Shown here: positions 1 to 8,209 of the stretch, in pieces
How positions within the stretch are numbered: position 1 is the first letter of the stretch
How the letters are laid out: the number at the start of each line of letters is the position of its first letter
Assembly: GCA_032249395.1 (NCBI GenBank)
Contig: JAVVFY010000007.1
Span: 1-39,809, forward strand
Direction: 5' to 3'
Source: Candidatus Aenigmatarchaeota archaeon
GTDB taxonomy: Archaea > Aenigmatarchaeota > Aenigmatarchaeia > CG10238-14 > SpSt-28
Length of the DNA stretch: 39,809 nucleotides
The notes under the pieces: generated by a model
Databases searched by the model: none
Told to the model about the DNA's origin: nothing
What the model saw: the letters and a program-made list of their open reading frames with translations, nothing else
Program-made: the position numbers and the translations under genes

Positions 1-13
1 AAAATAAAATTAA

Positions 14-79
14 CCCCCATCCCGTTCTTCTGTATCATCGCAAGCATAAGCGTCTCCACAGAGGCTTTAGAGATGGGGG
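14..79. ncRNA. Candidate small structured RNA (GC-rich hairpin; K-loop-like on - strand, H/ACA-like geometry on + strand)
   Basis: CCCCCATC (14-21) pairs with GATGGGGG (72-79); inner TCTGT/ACAGA stem; GC-rich island in AT-rich intergenic DNA. Family not identified. Confidence 0.35.
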
Positions 80-115
80 ATATATAAATTTGGAATATGG
101 TAAAAAATTTTTGAT

Positions 116-1591
116 TTATGAGAAGAAGAAATCTATGTATTCTTGTTTCTTTTCTTTAAACTCTTTTATTTCTTCTTCTAATGTTACCTCTTTGACTGCT
201 TTGATGCTTCTCTTTCTTACTTTAATTAAAACAGGAAAATTAACAGCTTCACCAACAATGAAAGCCTCGCCAACCTTTAAACCTGAAATTGCCTTTGCTA
301 TTTCAGCTGTTATACCTTCACTACTTTCCTCTATATGCTGCAAATCGTATGGATTAGTTATTCTTAAAATAATATGAGTGTTGCATTGACTTAAAGCTGT
401 TGTTGATAGTTTTATAGGTCTTTGGCTAATTAAAACTAAGCTAGCGAAGAATTTTCTACCTTCTCTAGCTATTTGTTCTATAACACTTCTAGAAATCGCC
501 ATACTAACTTCCTCTCTTTCTGGAGCAAATTGATGTGCTTCCTCGATTACAATTATAAAAGGTGGTATCATCTTCGCTCTTCTTGCCTCGAACAAACTTC
601 TCGCTATTCTCGTTACAACAATTTGTTTTTCTTTTAAATGAATAAATGATGACAAATCTATAACACTTAATCCAGAAACTCTTGCTAGCTCCTGTAAAGA
701 TGGTTTATCAACATTAGAAAATAATCCGCTCGAGTTTAAGTCTTCTAACCAAGAAACTAAGGCATCTTTTACGTTTTGTTTTATGTCAGAATTCTCCACT
801 TCTTTAATCAAATCACTCAAATCGTAAACTTTCTTTTTCTCTCTAAGTTTGTCGATTATTTTAGCCAAATCTCTTCTTTGAGCCGCAGACATTTCTGGAA
901 TTAATTCTGCAAAGGAATTAGCTGAAATCTTGTAGGTTGCAAAACTTATATTCTCTTTGTTCCAAACTTTTGTTTTATGAGAAAATCTTTCATCTTGAGA
1001 AAAAACTGTGTATTCTCCGTGAGGATCAATAACTATAATTGCTGGAGAATCTTCTCTCGAAAGCAATTCTTCTATCAAAACATTGCTAAGATGAGATTTT
1101 CCGCTACCAGAAATTCCTAATATTGCTAAATGTTTTTTAAACAATCTTGTTATGTTTAATTTTGCCTCTAAATTATGATGTTCAACAATACCAACGCTTA
1201 AGCCATTGTCATCAAAGCCAAAAACTCTTTTCAAAATCTCATTATCAGCTAGATAGACTTTTGTTGAAGGAGATGGCGGAATTGTTACCCTTCTTTCCTC
1301 ACCATCAACAAAAACTCCAAGAGGTCTAACTTTTGCTATCAAATATTCCCATCTATCTACGGGAAATTGTTCATTTAAATTTCTTCCATAATTTTCAAAC
1401 TCGCTGACTGTTTCTGGGTTTGAAAAATATTTGTTTGCTTTTTCTAATTCCTCAATCCTTCCAACTAACAAACCTTCTTTTGTTTGTAATTGAACGTATT
1501 GATGCTTTTTTATTTCAACGTCTTTCTTAACAACAAACCAAAATTCGTTGGTAGATGGGCCATTAAAAGAGATTATTGCACCAACTTCCAT
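116..1591 (-). CDS. HerA/DUF87-family ATPase with N-terminal HAS-barrel-like domain
   Basis: Walker A GISGSGKS, IIVIDPHGEY, Walker B IIVIEEAH, REGRKF and LISQRP motifs typical of HerA-like ATPases. Confidence 0.88.
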   Translation of the reverse strand: MEVGAIISFNGPSTNEFWFVVKKDVEIKKHQYVQLQTKEGLLVGRIEELEKANKYFSNPETVSEFENYGRNLNEQFPVDRWEYLIAKVRPLGVFVDGEERRVTIPPSPSTKVYLADNEILKRVFGFDDNGLSVGIVEHHNLEAKLNITRLFKKHLAILGISGSGKSHLSNVLIEELLSREDSPAIIVIDPHGEYTVFSQDERFSHKTKVWNKENISFATYKISANSFAELIPEMSAAQRRDLAKIIDKLREKKKVYDLSDLIKEVENSDIKQNVKDALVSWLEDLNSSGLFSNVDKPSLQELARVSGLSVIDLSSFIHLKEKQIVVTRIARSLFEARRAKMIPPFIIVIEEAHQFAPEREEVSMAISRSVIEQIAREGRKFFASLVLISQRPIKLSTTALSQCNTHIILRITNPYDLQHIEESSEGITAEIAKAISGLKVGEAFIVGEAVNFPVLIKVRKRSIKAVKEVTLEEEIKEFKEKKQEYIDFFFS

Positions 1592-1614
1592 AAATTTTTA
1601 GTTTTTATTTAAAT

Positions 1615-2064
1615 TTAACTTTTTAAGAGCTTTAATTCTTTCAATTTATCCAAAACTTCTTCTGCATGTCCTTCTGGATTCACTTCGGGGAAAACAAATC
1701 TCAATATTCCCTTTTCATCGAAAATAAAAGTAGTTCTTTTCGCGAATCCGCTTGGCTTTAAAACTCCAAACTTCTTACAAACTTTTTTGTCTTTATCAGC
1801 AATCAGAGTAAAATTCAAATTATACTTTTTAATGAATTTCTGATGAGATTCTACCCCTTGCGTACTAACTCCAACAATATTAACTCCCTTAAATTTATCG
1901 ATGTTATCTCTAAAGGAACACGCCTCTTTAGTGCAGCCAGGAGTATCGTCCATAGGATAAAAATATATAACTGTTGGCTTGCCAATAAAATCTCTCAAAT
2001 TTATTTTATTACCATTATGATCAATAGTTTCTATATCAGGCAATTCTGAGCCTACTTTTAACAT
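1615..2064 (-). CDS. bcp: Peroxiredoxin, BCP/PrxQ family
   Basis: YFYPMDDTPGCTKEAC active-site motif. Confidence 0.93.
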   Translation of the reverse strand: MLKVGSELPDIETIDHNGNKINLRDFIGKPTVIYFYPMDDTPGCTKEACSFRDNIDKFKGVNIVGVSTQGVESHQKFIKKYNLNFTLIADKDKKVCKKFGVLKPSGFAKRTTFIFDEKGILRFVFPEVNPEGHAEEVLDKLKELKLLKS

Positions 2065-2661
2065 TTAATCGCCGGAAAGCCTTTTTTCAACGTCATCCCA
2101 ATTAACAACTTTCCACCAATTGTCAACATACTTTCCTCTATCGTTCAAATAATCTAAATAATAAGCATGTTCCCAAACGTCTAAAACTAAAAGCGGTTTA
2201 AAGCCAGCAACATGCATTAAATTATGTTTCTCTATTTGAAAAACGTAAAGATTGTCTTTTTCATCTTTAGCTAATACTGCCCACCCTGAACCTTCCACAC
2301 TTTTAGCCGCATTGCTAAACTCTTTCTTAAAAGATTCAAAAGAGCCAAAAACTTTATTTATTAAATCAGCAATTTTTCCTCCTGGCTTATTGTTTTCCTC
2401 TGGAGGCTTCATATTGGGCCAAAATATAGAATGTAAAACATGGCCATTCATGTGAAAGCTCAAGTCTCTTAATGTAGCTCTAACATCAATCTCTATCTCT
2501 CCTTTCCTATATTTTTCTAGTTTTTCCAAAGCCGCATTAGCTCCATCCACATAACTCTTGTGGTGTTTATCATGATGTAACTCCATAATTTTCTGGGAAA
2601 TTACTGGTTCTAAAGCGTTATATTTGTAAGGTAAAGGCGGAAGTTCAATTTTGACTATCAT
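2065..2661 (-). CDS. sod: Fe/Mn superoxide dismutase
   Basis: LPPLPYKYNALEP, HHDKHH and DVWEHAYY signatures. Start trimmed to ATG 2661 by family length (ORF track begins at 2682). Confidence 0.96.
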   Translation of the reverse strand: MIVKIELPPLPYKYNALEPVISQKIMELHHDKHHKSYVDGANAALEKLEKYRKGEIEIDVRATLRDLSFHMNGHVLHSIFWPNMKPPEENNKPGGKIADLINKVFGSFESFKKEFSNAAKSVEGSGWAVLAKDEKDNLYVFQIEKHNLMHVAGFKPLLVLDVWEHAYYLDYLNDRGKYVDNWWKVVNWDDVEKRLSGD

Positions 2662-2805
2662 GAATAGTAATTTATTTCTCATTTAAAAAGCTTTCTCTTT
2701 GCTATTATCGACGCTACTCCCAAGCTGTTTGCAAAAGTAAATAAATTCGGTATAAAATTATAGCTGTCAAATATGGGACATTTGAAATAAAGTTAGAAGT
2801 ATGAT

Positions 2806-3666
2806 TCAAATTTCGATTTTAAGAAATGTCCTAGCTAAAATTCCAATAATAAATGTAATTAGTGCGATTCCTAAGCTTAAAGTAAACATTTCCATTAACT
2901 CTTTTTTGTATTCTCTTTCGAATAGAACAGCAATATAAAAAGACGTAAAACTAACTATTGAAATTGCTATAAAAATAGAAAAAAGAAAAGCGAAATAAAC
3001 ATTCGATAAAAGAAAGTAAGGTAAAACCAAAAATAAGACAACAGAGATATAATAAATGCCTGTATAATAAGCGGTTTTCTTAGGATTTTTATTTTCCGCT
3101 TTTGCTTGTAAATAAGACGATGCTGCCATAGACATAGAAGCTGCAATTCCTGTTATTAAAGCGGAAATAGCTACTATAAAAGAGTTTTGTAAAGCTGCCG
3201 TTAAACCGGCTAACACTCCAGTAATTTCAACTAAACTATCATTCAAGCCTAAAATGCTTGCACCCAAATAAGTTACTCTCTCTTCTTTTATCATGTCTAT
3301 CAGATTTGCTTCATGAAACTCCTCTTCTTTAATTATCTTCTCCAATTCGGTACTCTTAGAGCCTTTAACTCTCTTTAAATATTCTTTATAGGTTTTAATA
3401 ACATCTTTTTCGTGATTTTCAAGAAGCTTTAAAGTAAAAGTTAATCCAAAAATTAGCATCATAACCTTAAAAAACAACACTTCTATCTTACTCACAGAAT
3501 ATTGTTTTTTAGTTGAAAGTTTAGACCAAAATTTATAGTGAGAGAATTCGTGATTAGCAAGCTTTTCTAATATCTTTTTTGTTTTTTTGTCCTTTACCAT
3601 CTTATTAAGCTCCGAATATATAATAAAATCCTTTAATTCATCTTGGGCAAACTTTTCTATTTCCAT
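2806..3666 (-). CDS. Rubrerythrin/ferritin-like domain fused to VIT1/CCC1 membrane domain (iron detoxification/export)
   Basis: N-terminal ExxH motifs (HEFSH, EEEFH), then ILGLNDSLVE and GIAASMSMAAS VIT1 motifs with hydrophobic helices. Confidence 0.85.
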   Translation of the reverse strand: MEIEKFAQDELKDFIIYSELNKMVKDKKTKKILEKLANHEFSHYKFWSKLSTKKQYSVSKIEVLFFKVMMLIFGLTFTLKLLENHEKDVIKTYKEYLKRVKGSKSTELEKIIKEEEFHEANLIDMIKEERVTYLGASILGLNDSLVEITGVLAGLTAALQNSFIVAISALITGIAASMSMAASSYLQAKAENKNPKKTAYYTGIYYISVVLFLVLPYFLLSNVYFAFLFSIFIAISIVSFTSFYIAVLFEREYKKELMEMFTLSLGIALITFIIGILARTFLKIEI

Positions 3667-3759
3667 TTACTAGAATAGAACTTCTACAATTAAATTTACA
3701 TCTAAAGTGTCAAAAAGAAACTAAAATTAAAACTTTATTTTGAAAAAAGAAATCAAGTT

Positions 3760-4047
3760 ATGTTTCCCGAAGAAGTTTTGACAAAAACAAAAAAAGGAAA
3801 CATAGAAGTTAGAAACCTTATAGCAAGGGGGAAATTTGTTTGGTATGATTACAGAGATCCAAAAACTTTTGAGAAAGTAGAAAATGGAAAAAGTAGAATT
3901 TTTTTGAAGGATGATGAAGGAAACGTTTACAGTTATTTTGTTATTCCTTTAAAAGACGGGAGACTTTTGCTAATAGAGGCTGATAAGGAAGAAGATAAAA
4001 AAGTTTGGAATGATAAAACTAAAAAGGCGGAAGATTTATGGCCTTAA
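3760..4047 (+). CDS. Hypothetical protein
   Basis: 95-aa ORF with host-like composition, overlapping the next gene's start. Confidence 0.7.
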   Translation: MFPEEVLTKTKKGNIEVRNLIARGKFVWYDYRDPKTFEKVENGKSRIFLKDDEGNVYSYFVIPLKDGRLLLIEADKEEDKKVWNDKTKKAEDLWP

Positions 4048-4295
4048 AGGAAACAGATAAGAAAGGAAGAAAGCTTTTTAAGGAAGGGAGAGTTAGATTA
4101 GATTTTGAGAGTGAGAAAAGGATTTATTTTACAGTTTATAGCAGAGATGTTCATTCTGTTATTTATGACAAAGAAAAGAGTGAGTTTAAATGCGATTGTA
4201 AATATTTTTCAGTAAAACAAAAAGAATGCTCACATATAAAAGCATGCAAACTCTTTATAAAACATTATAGAATAGAAAGGGCAATAAAATTATGA
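4038..4295 (+). CDS. SWIM zinc-finger protein
   Basis: CDC...CSH (CxC-x9-CxH) pattern preceded by beta-strand-like segments. Confidence 0.8.
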   Translation: MALKETDKKGRKLFKEGRVRLDFESEKRIYFTVYSRDVHSVIYDKEKSEFKCDCKYFSVKQKECSHIKACKLFIKHYRIERAIKL

Positions 4296-5218
4296 TGTTT
4301 TGGTTTTTCCTATTAATAGCTTCTCTTTACTTGCTTTATAAAGTTAGTAACACCGCTGAAAGAGAACTAGTTAAATATGCGGAATATTCTGGTATAAGCC
4401 ATTTGTCTATTGGATTCATTTTCATAGCGGCTGCAAGTTCTCTACCAGAACTATCAATTTCTACAAGTTCAGCTTTTCTAGGAAATCAAGAAATTTCAGT
4501 AGGAGTCTCTTTAGGAAATGTTCTTTATGATTTGCTATTAGTTTTGCCTTTAGTTGCAATATGGTATGGAGTAAAATTTAGTGAAGAAGCTATTAGAAGG
4601 ATTAGAATAATTTCGACTATAGCAATTATATCTCTATTTCCAATACTTTTCCTAAAGCATGTACCAAGAATTTACGGTTTAGCTATTATCATTTCTTTTC
4701 TCGTTTTGATTAATTTCATACTTAAGCGCAAAACTAGTGAATATAGATATACAACAAGAGAAGAGAAATTTAGGAATAAAATAGTTCTTGCTATATCTTT
4801 ACTATCGCTTTCCATTCTTTCGTTTTTAGTTAATTTATCAGTAAAAATGATTTCCGAAACAGCAAAAATTCCAACGCTTTTAATAGGATCTCTTTTAATT
4901 CCAATTTTTACTTGTACTCCTGAACTATTTTCTTGTTTAGCTGCTGCAAAAAGAAAAAATTATGATGTTATATTAGGTATAATTTTTGGTGTTTTGGCTT
5001 TTGACTCTATGTTTCTAATTGGTTCTGTTTCTATTATAGCACCTATAACATTTTCAAATATTAATCAATTCTATCTGCTTTACTTCTTTCTTTTTACTTC
5101 TCTAACTTCAATAAACATAATGTTTGCTAGCGATAGAAAACTTAGTATTTATTCTTCTATCTTTTTGCTAATGCTATTTGCCCTTTGGATATTTTTATCA
5201 ATTTTGTTTGGAATATAA
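4292..5218 (+). CDS. Na+/Ca2+ exchanger (CaCA family)
   Basis: Two alpha-repeats (SSLPELS...GNV; TCTPELF...), about 10 hydrophobic segments. Confidence 0.85.
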   Translation: MMFWFFLLIASLYLLYKVSNTAERELVKYAEYSGISHLSIGFIFIAAASSLPELSISTSSAFLGNQEISVGVSLGNVLYDLLLVLPLVAIWYGVKFSEEAIRRIRIISTIAIISLFPILFLKHVPRIYGLAIIISFLVLINFILKRKTSEYRYTTREEKFRNKIVLAISLLSLSILSFLVNLSVKMISETAKIPTLLIGSLLIPIFTCTPELFSCLAAAKRKNYDVILGIIFGVLAFDSMFLIGSVSIIAPITFSNINQFYLLYFFLFTSLTSINIMFASDRKLSIYSSIFLLMLFALWIFLSILFGI

Positions 5219-5221
5219 GTT

Positions 5222-6238
5222 ATGATTGAATTAGATGGAGCAATAGGTTACGGACAAGTTTTAAGAACAGCTATAGCATTATCTGCCTTAACTTTACAGC
5301 CAATAAGGGTTTTTAATATAAGAATAAATCGACCCAATCCCGGTTTAAGACCCCAACATTTAACTGGAGTTTTAGAAGCTGCGAAACTTTGTCATGCTGA
5401 AGTTAAAAATGCAAAAATAGGTTCTACTGAAATAACCTTCATACCAAAAAGATTGGATATTCCCAATAGAATAATAATTGATATAAAAACAGCCGGCAGC
5501 GTAACTCTACTATTACAAACAATATTACCAATTGTGATATTCTCTAATAAAAAAGTTTCTATAACAATTTTTGGAGGAACAGACGTTCCAGGCTCGCCAA
5601 CAATAAATTATTACAAAAAGGTTTTTGCCTACTATCTAGAAAAATTTGGAGTAATTCTTAAGATTAATGTCGAAAGATACGGGTTTTATCCGAAGGGTGG
5701 CGGAAAAGTAAATATAGAAGTCAATGGTGTGAAAAATTTAAATTCTGTTAGTTTTGTGGAGAAAGGAGAATTAAGAGAAATTTCTGGTTTTAGCATTGCT
5801 AGTAAAGAACTTCAAAAAGCAAGAGTTGCAGAAAGACAAATAGCAGGTTTAGAATCGGTTTTAGAGAAAATAAACGGAAGTTATCAGTATGTAGATACTT
5901 TAAGCATAGGAACATCTTTGTTAGCAATAGCAGAATACGAAAATTGTATTCTTGGTAAAGATGGCTTAGGCGAAAAGGGTAAAAGAGCAGAAGATGTTGG
6001 AAGAGAAGTTGGGTTAGAGTTAAAAAAAAGTATTGAAAGCAATGCTTGTTTAGACAAATTTATGGCAGATCAGATATTAATCTTTGCTGCATTAGCGAGA
6101 GGAAGTTCAGAATTTACAATTGAGGAGTTTACAGATCATGTAAATACAAACATGATAACTTGTGAGAAACTTCTCAATGTGAAATTTGAAAAAGAAGGAA
6201 ATAAGGTTAAAGTCGATGGAATAGGATTTTCTCTATAA
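5222..6238 (+). CDS. rtcA: RNA 3'-terminal phosphate cyclase
   Basis: GQVLRTA, RPNPGLRPQH, GGTDVP, GFYPKGGG, ADQI and catalytic His region TDHVNTN. Confidence 0.95.
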   Translation: MIELDGAIGYGQVLRTAIALSALTLQPIRVFNIRINRPNPGLRPQHLTGVLEAAKLCHAEVKNAKIGSTEITFIPKRLDIPNRIIIDIKTAGSVTLLLQTILPIVIFSNKKVSITIFGGTDVPGSPTINYYKKVFAYYLEKFGVILKINVERYGFYPKGGGKVNIEVNGVKNLNSVSFVEKGELREISGFSIASKELQKARVAERQIAGLESVLEKINGSYQYVDTLSIGTSLLAIAEYENCILGKDGLGEKGKRAEDVGREVGLELKKSIESNACLDKFMADQILIFAALARGSSEFTIEEFTDHVNTNMITCEKLLNVKFEKEGNKVKVDGIGFSL

Positions 6239-6256
6239 ATTCATTTTTTCAAAAAT

Positions 6257-6342
6257 TGCGGGGGGTGGGATTTGAACCCACGAAGGGACTAACCCACCAG
6301 CACCTCAAGCTGGCGCCATTGACCAGGCTAGGCGACCCCCGC
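6257..6342 (-). tRNA. tRNA-Leu(GAG), long variable arm, no intron, CCA not encoded
   Basis: GCGGGGG acceptor stem, anticodon arm CCAGC-TTGAGGT-GCTGG, T arm GTGGG-TTCAAAT-CCCAC, discriminator A. Confidence 0.96.
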
Positions 6343-6375
6343 GATAATAGTTTTGATTTTGGAAAAATAAAATTT

Positions 6376-7077
6376 TCAACTTTGTTTATTCTCATTCAAA
6401 TATATCCATATCTCTTTGAAAAACTCCAATTGTTCAGTTTTTATTTTTTTATTTTTTTCCAAATGAAGAATCGGTAAAAAGTTTTTGACTATTTCTTCTC
6501 TTTCCCACCTTTCCACTATATCCGCAAATTCTACTCTCTTTTTTAATGAATATAGTTCTTCTATTTTTTGAAAAACCGATTGGATTCTTTTTTCAACGTC
6601 TTCTTCTATATTTATTTCTCTTTGCAATCTTTGATATAGAATCTCTCTTCTTTTCTCTCTTCTTTTCTCTATTTCCATGGCTTTCTTTAAAGCAATTATC
6701 AATTCTTCTAAAGTTATTTGTCTTCGTGGGATTCTTTTAACTGGGTATGCAATTTTTATCATTTCTGGTTTTATATCAAAAAATTCTGGTATTTCTTCTT
6801 CTTTTTCTTCTATTTTCTCTTCTTCTTTTAACAATAAATATTCAGCTTTCATTTTAAGTAAAATTGCTGCTACGAAAACTATTTTTGCTGGTATTCTAAA
6901 GTCTAACTCTCTTGCTTTTTTCAAAAAATTTACAAATCCGTTGCAAAGTTTAATTATATCAACATTCCAAGGGTCAATTTTTTCTATGTTTACAATATAA
7001 TAAATAATTTCTTCCCAGCTTTCTTTTTCTATTATGGTTTTTAATAAGCTATCTTCTACTTCTACACTTTCCCTCAT
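6376..7077 (-). CDS. scpA: Segregation/condensation protein A (kleisin)
   Basis: IDPWNVDIIKL, AAILLKMKAE, RQITLEEL and C-terminal FLPILHL...QLEFFKEI motifs. Confidence 0.9.
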   Translation of the reverse strand: MRESVEVEDSLLKTIIEKESWEEIIYYIVNIEKIDPWNVDIIKLCNGFVNFLKKARELDFRIPAKIVFVAAILLKMKAEYLLLKEEEKIEEKEEEIPEFFDIKPEMIKIAYPVKRIPRRQITLEELIIALKKAMEIEKRREKRREILYQRLQREINIEEDVEKRIQSVFQKIEELYSLKKRVEFADIVERWEREEIVKNFLPILHLEKNKKIKTEQLEFFKEIWIYLNENKQS

Positions 7078-7122
7078 CTTAGTAATTGATTTTTTAAGAT
7101 TAAGGTTAAAATATAATAAATA

Positions 7123-7638
7123 ATGATTCGGGAGATAATCCTCTTTATTTTTACAGTATTTTTAATAAAAGTGTGGATAGATTTATTGAGAGGGGAGGCA
7201 ATTTTTGTTCCATTGCCAAAAGATACAATTAGAAAAATGCTAAAAGAAGCCAAGGTTTCACCAAAAGATTTAGTTTATGATTTGGGATGTGGTGATGGAA
7301 GAGTTTTAATAATAGCTGCAAAAGAGTTTGGTGCTCGCGCTATTGGAGTAGAAAAGAGTTTTATTCTTTCGAAAATTGCAGAGTGGAATATTAGAAGGGA
7401 AGGCTTGGAAGATAGAGTGAAGGTTTTGAATGACGATTTCTTTAATGTAAATTTGTCTAAAGCAACAGTCATTTTTGCTTATCTTTCTAGAAAGATAAAT
7501 AGAAAATTGGAACCAAAATTGAAAAAGGAATTAAAGAAGGGGTGTAGAGTTGTTTCTGCATCTCACGAATTTGAAGGACTAAGGCTCGTTAAGAAGTTTA
7601 GGACCGGACATTTCTACTCTTACTTGTATGTAATTTAA
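7123..7638 (+). CDS. Class I SAM-dependent methyltransferase with N-terminal hydrophobic anchor
   Basis: VYDLGCGDGR motif I, AIGVE motif II, LKKGCRVVS. Confidence 0.88.
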   Translation: MIREIILFIFTVFLIKVWIDLLRGEAIFVPLPKDTIRKMLKEAKVSPKDLVYDLGCGDGRVLIIAAKEFGARAIGVEKSFILSKIAEWNIRREGLEDRVKVLNDDFFNVNLSKATVIFAYLSRKINRKLEPKLKKELKKGCRVVSASHEFEGLRLVKKFRTGHFYSYLYVI

Positions 7639-7660
7639 GTTAACTAACTAATAACAATCA

Positions 7661-8017
7661 ATGGAAGTGGAGGGAAAGACAATAAGGGATGTTGCTAAAA
7701 ATCTTATTAAAGAAATAAACGATAAAGTTAATACTTTCGGAGAATACGAAAACTTTTCAACAAAATTTGAAGTGAAGGGTAAGGATATAAGGGAAGCTTT
7801 AGAAGATTTGGCTAATAAAATAGTTAGTTACTTCGAGAAGAAAAATGCTATTTTTGAGGAATTGGAAATAGAAGTAGTTCCTTTGAAAAAGTGGGTATTG
7901 AGAATCGTTGCTAAAGGAAAGGTTTTTGAAGATGTTAAAAAAGATTTTAGAGAAGTAAAAATTTCGAGATTAGAAGAAAGTGAAAGTGGATGGAAGTTAG
8001 AATTTTCTTTAAATTAA
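7661..8017 (+). CDS. Archease-like protein (degenerate)
   Basis: Repeated VEGKTI / FEVKGKDI...LEDL units, AKGKVF and terminal W-x-strand resemble the archease fold; conserved DHTAD and KAxTY motifs are absent. Confidence 0.55.
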   Translation: MEVEGKTIRDVAKNLIKEINDKVNTFGEYENFSTKFEVKGKDIREALEDLANKIVSYFEKKNAIFEELEIEVVPLKKWVLRIVAKGKVFEDVKKDFREVKISRLEESESGWKLEFSLN

Positions 8018-8167
8018 GAAATTAAGAAAAATCAGACAGATACCAATACCGACCAAAATATAAACTAGATGTTCAGGCTTTATTTTTATTTTGCTTTCTT
8101 CATATTCTCCATATCTTATTAAGCCACCCACACCTAAAGGCAGATATGTTTTTTGCTTTCTTGTCAT
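8009..8167 (-). CDS. secG: Preprotein translocase subunit Sec61beta/SecG (missed by ORF track)
   Basis: 52 aa MTRKQKTYLPLGVGGLIRYGEYEESKIKIKPEHLVYILVGIGICLIFLNFLI; GLIRY...KIKPE motif plus C-terminal TM helix. Confidence 0.88.
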   Translation of the reverse strand: MTRKQKTYLPLGVGGLIRYGEYEESKIKIKPEHLVYILVGIGICLIFLNFLI

Positions 8168-8209
8168 ATGTATATTTTGATTAATTAATAAAAAGTTTAA
8201 AAATAAATT

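Noticed and set aside
2767..2785. TCAAAT-N7-ATTTGA inverted repeat upstream of sod as an operator
   Set aside because: Only 6 bp of AT-rich pairing and no second instance; likely chance.
6256..6477. 73-aa + strand ORF
   Set aside because: Antisense to tRNA-Leu and scpA; shadow ORF.
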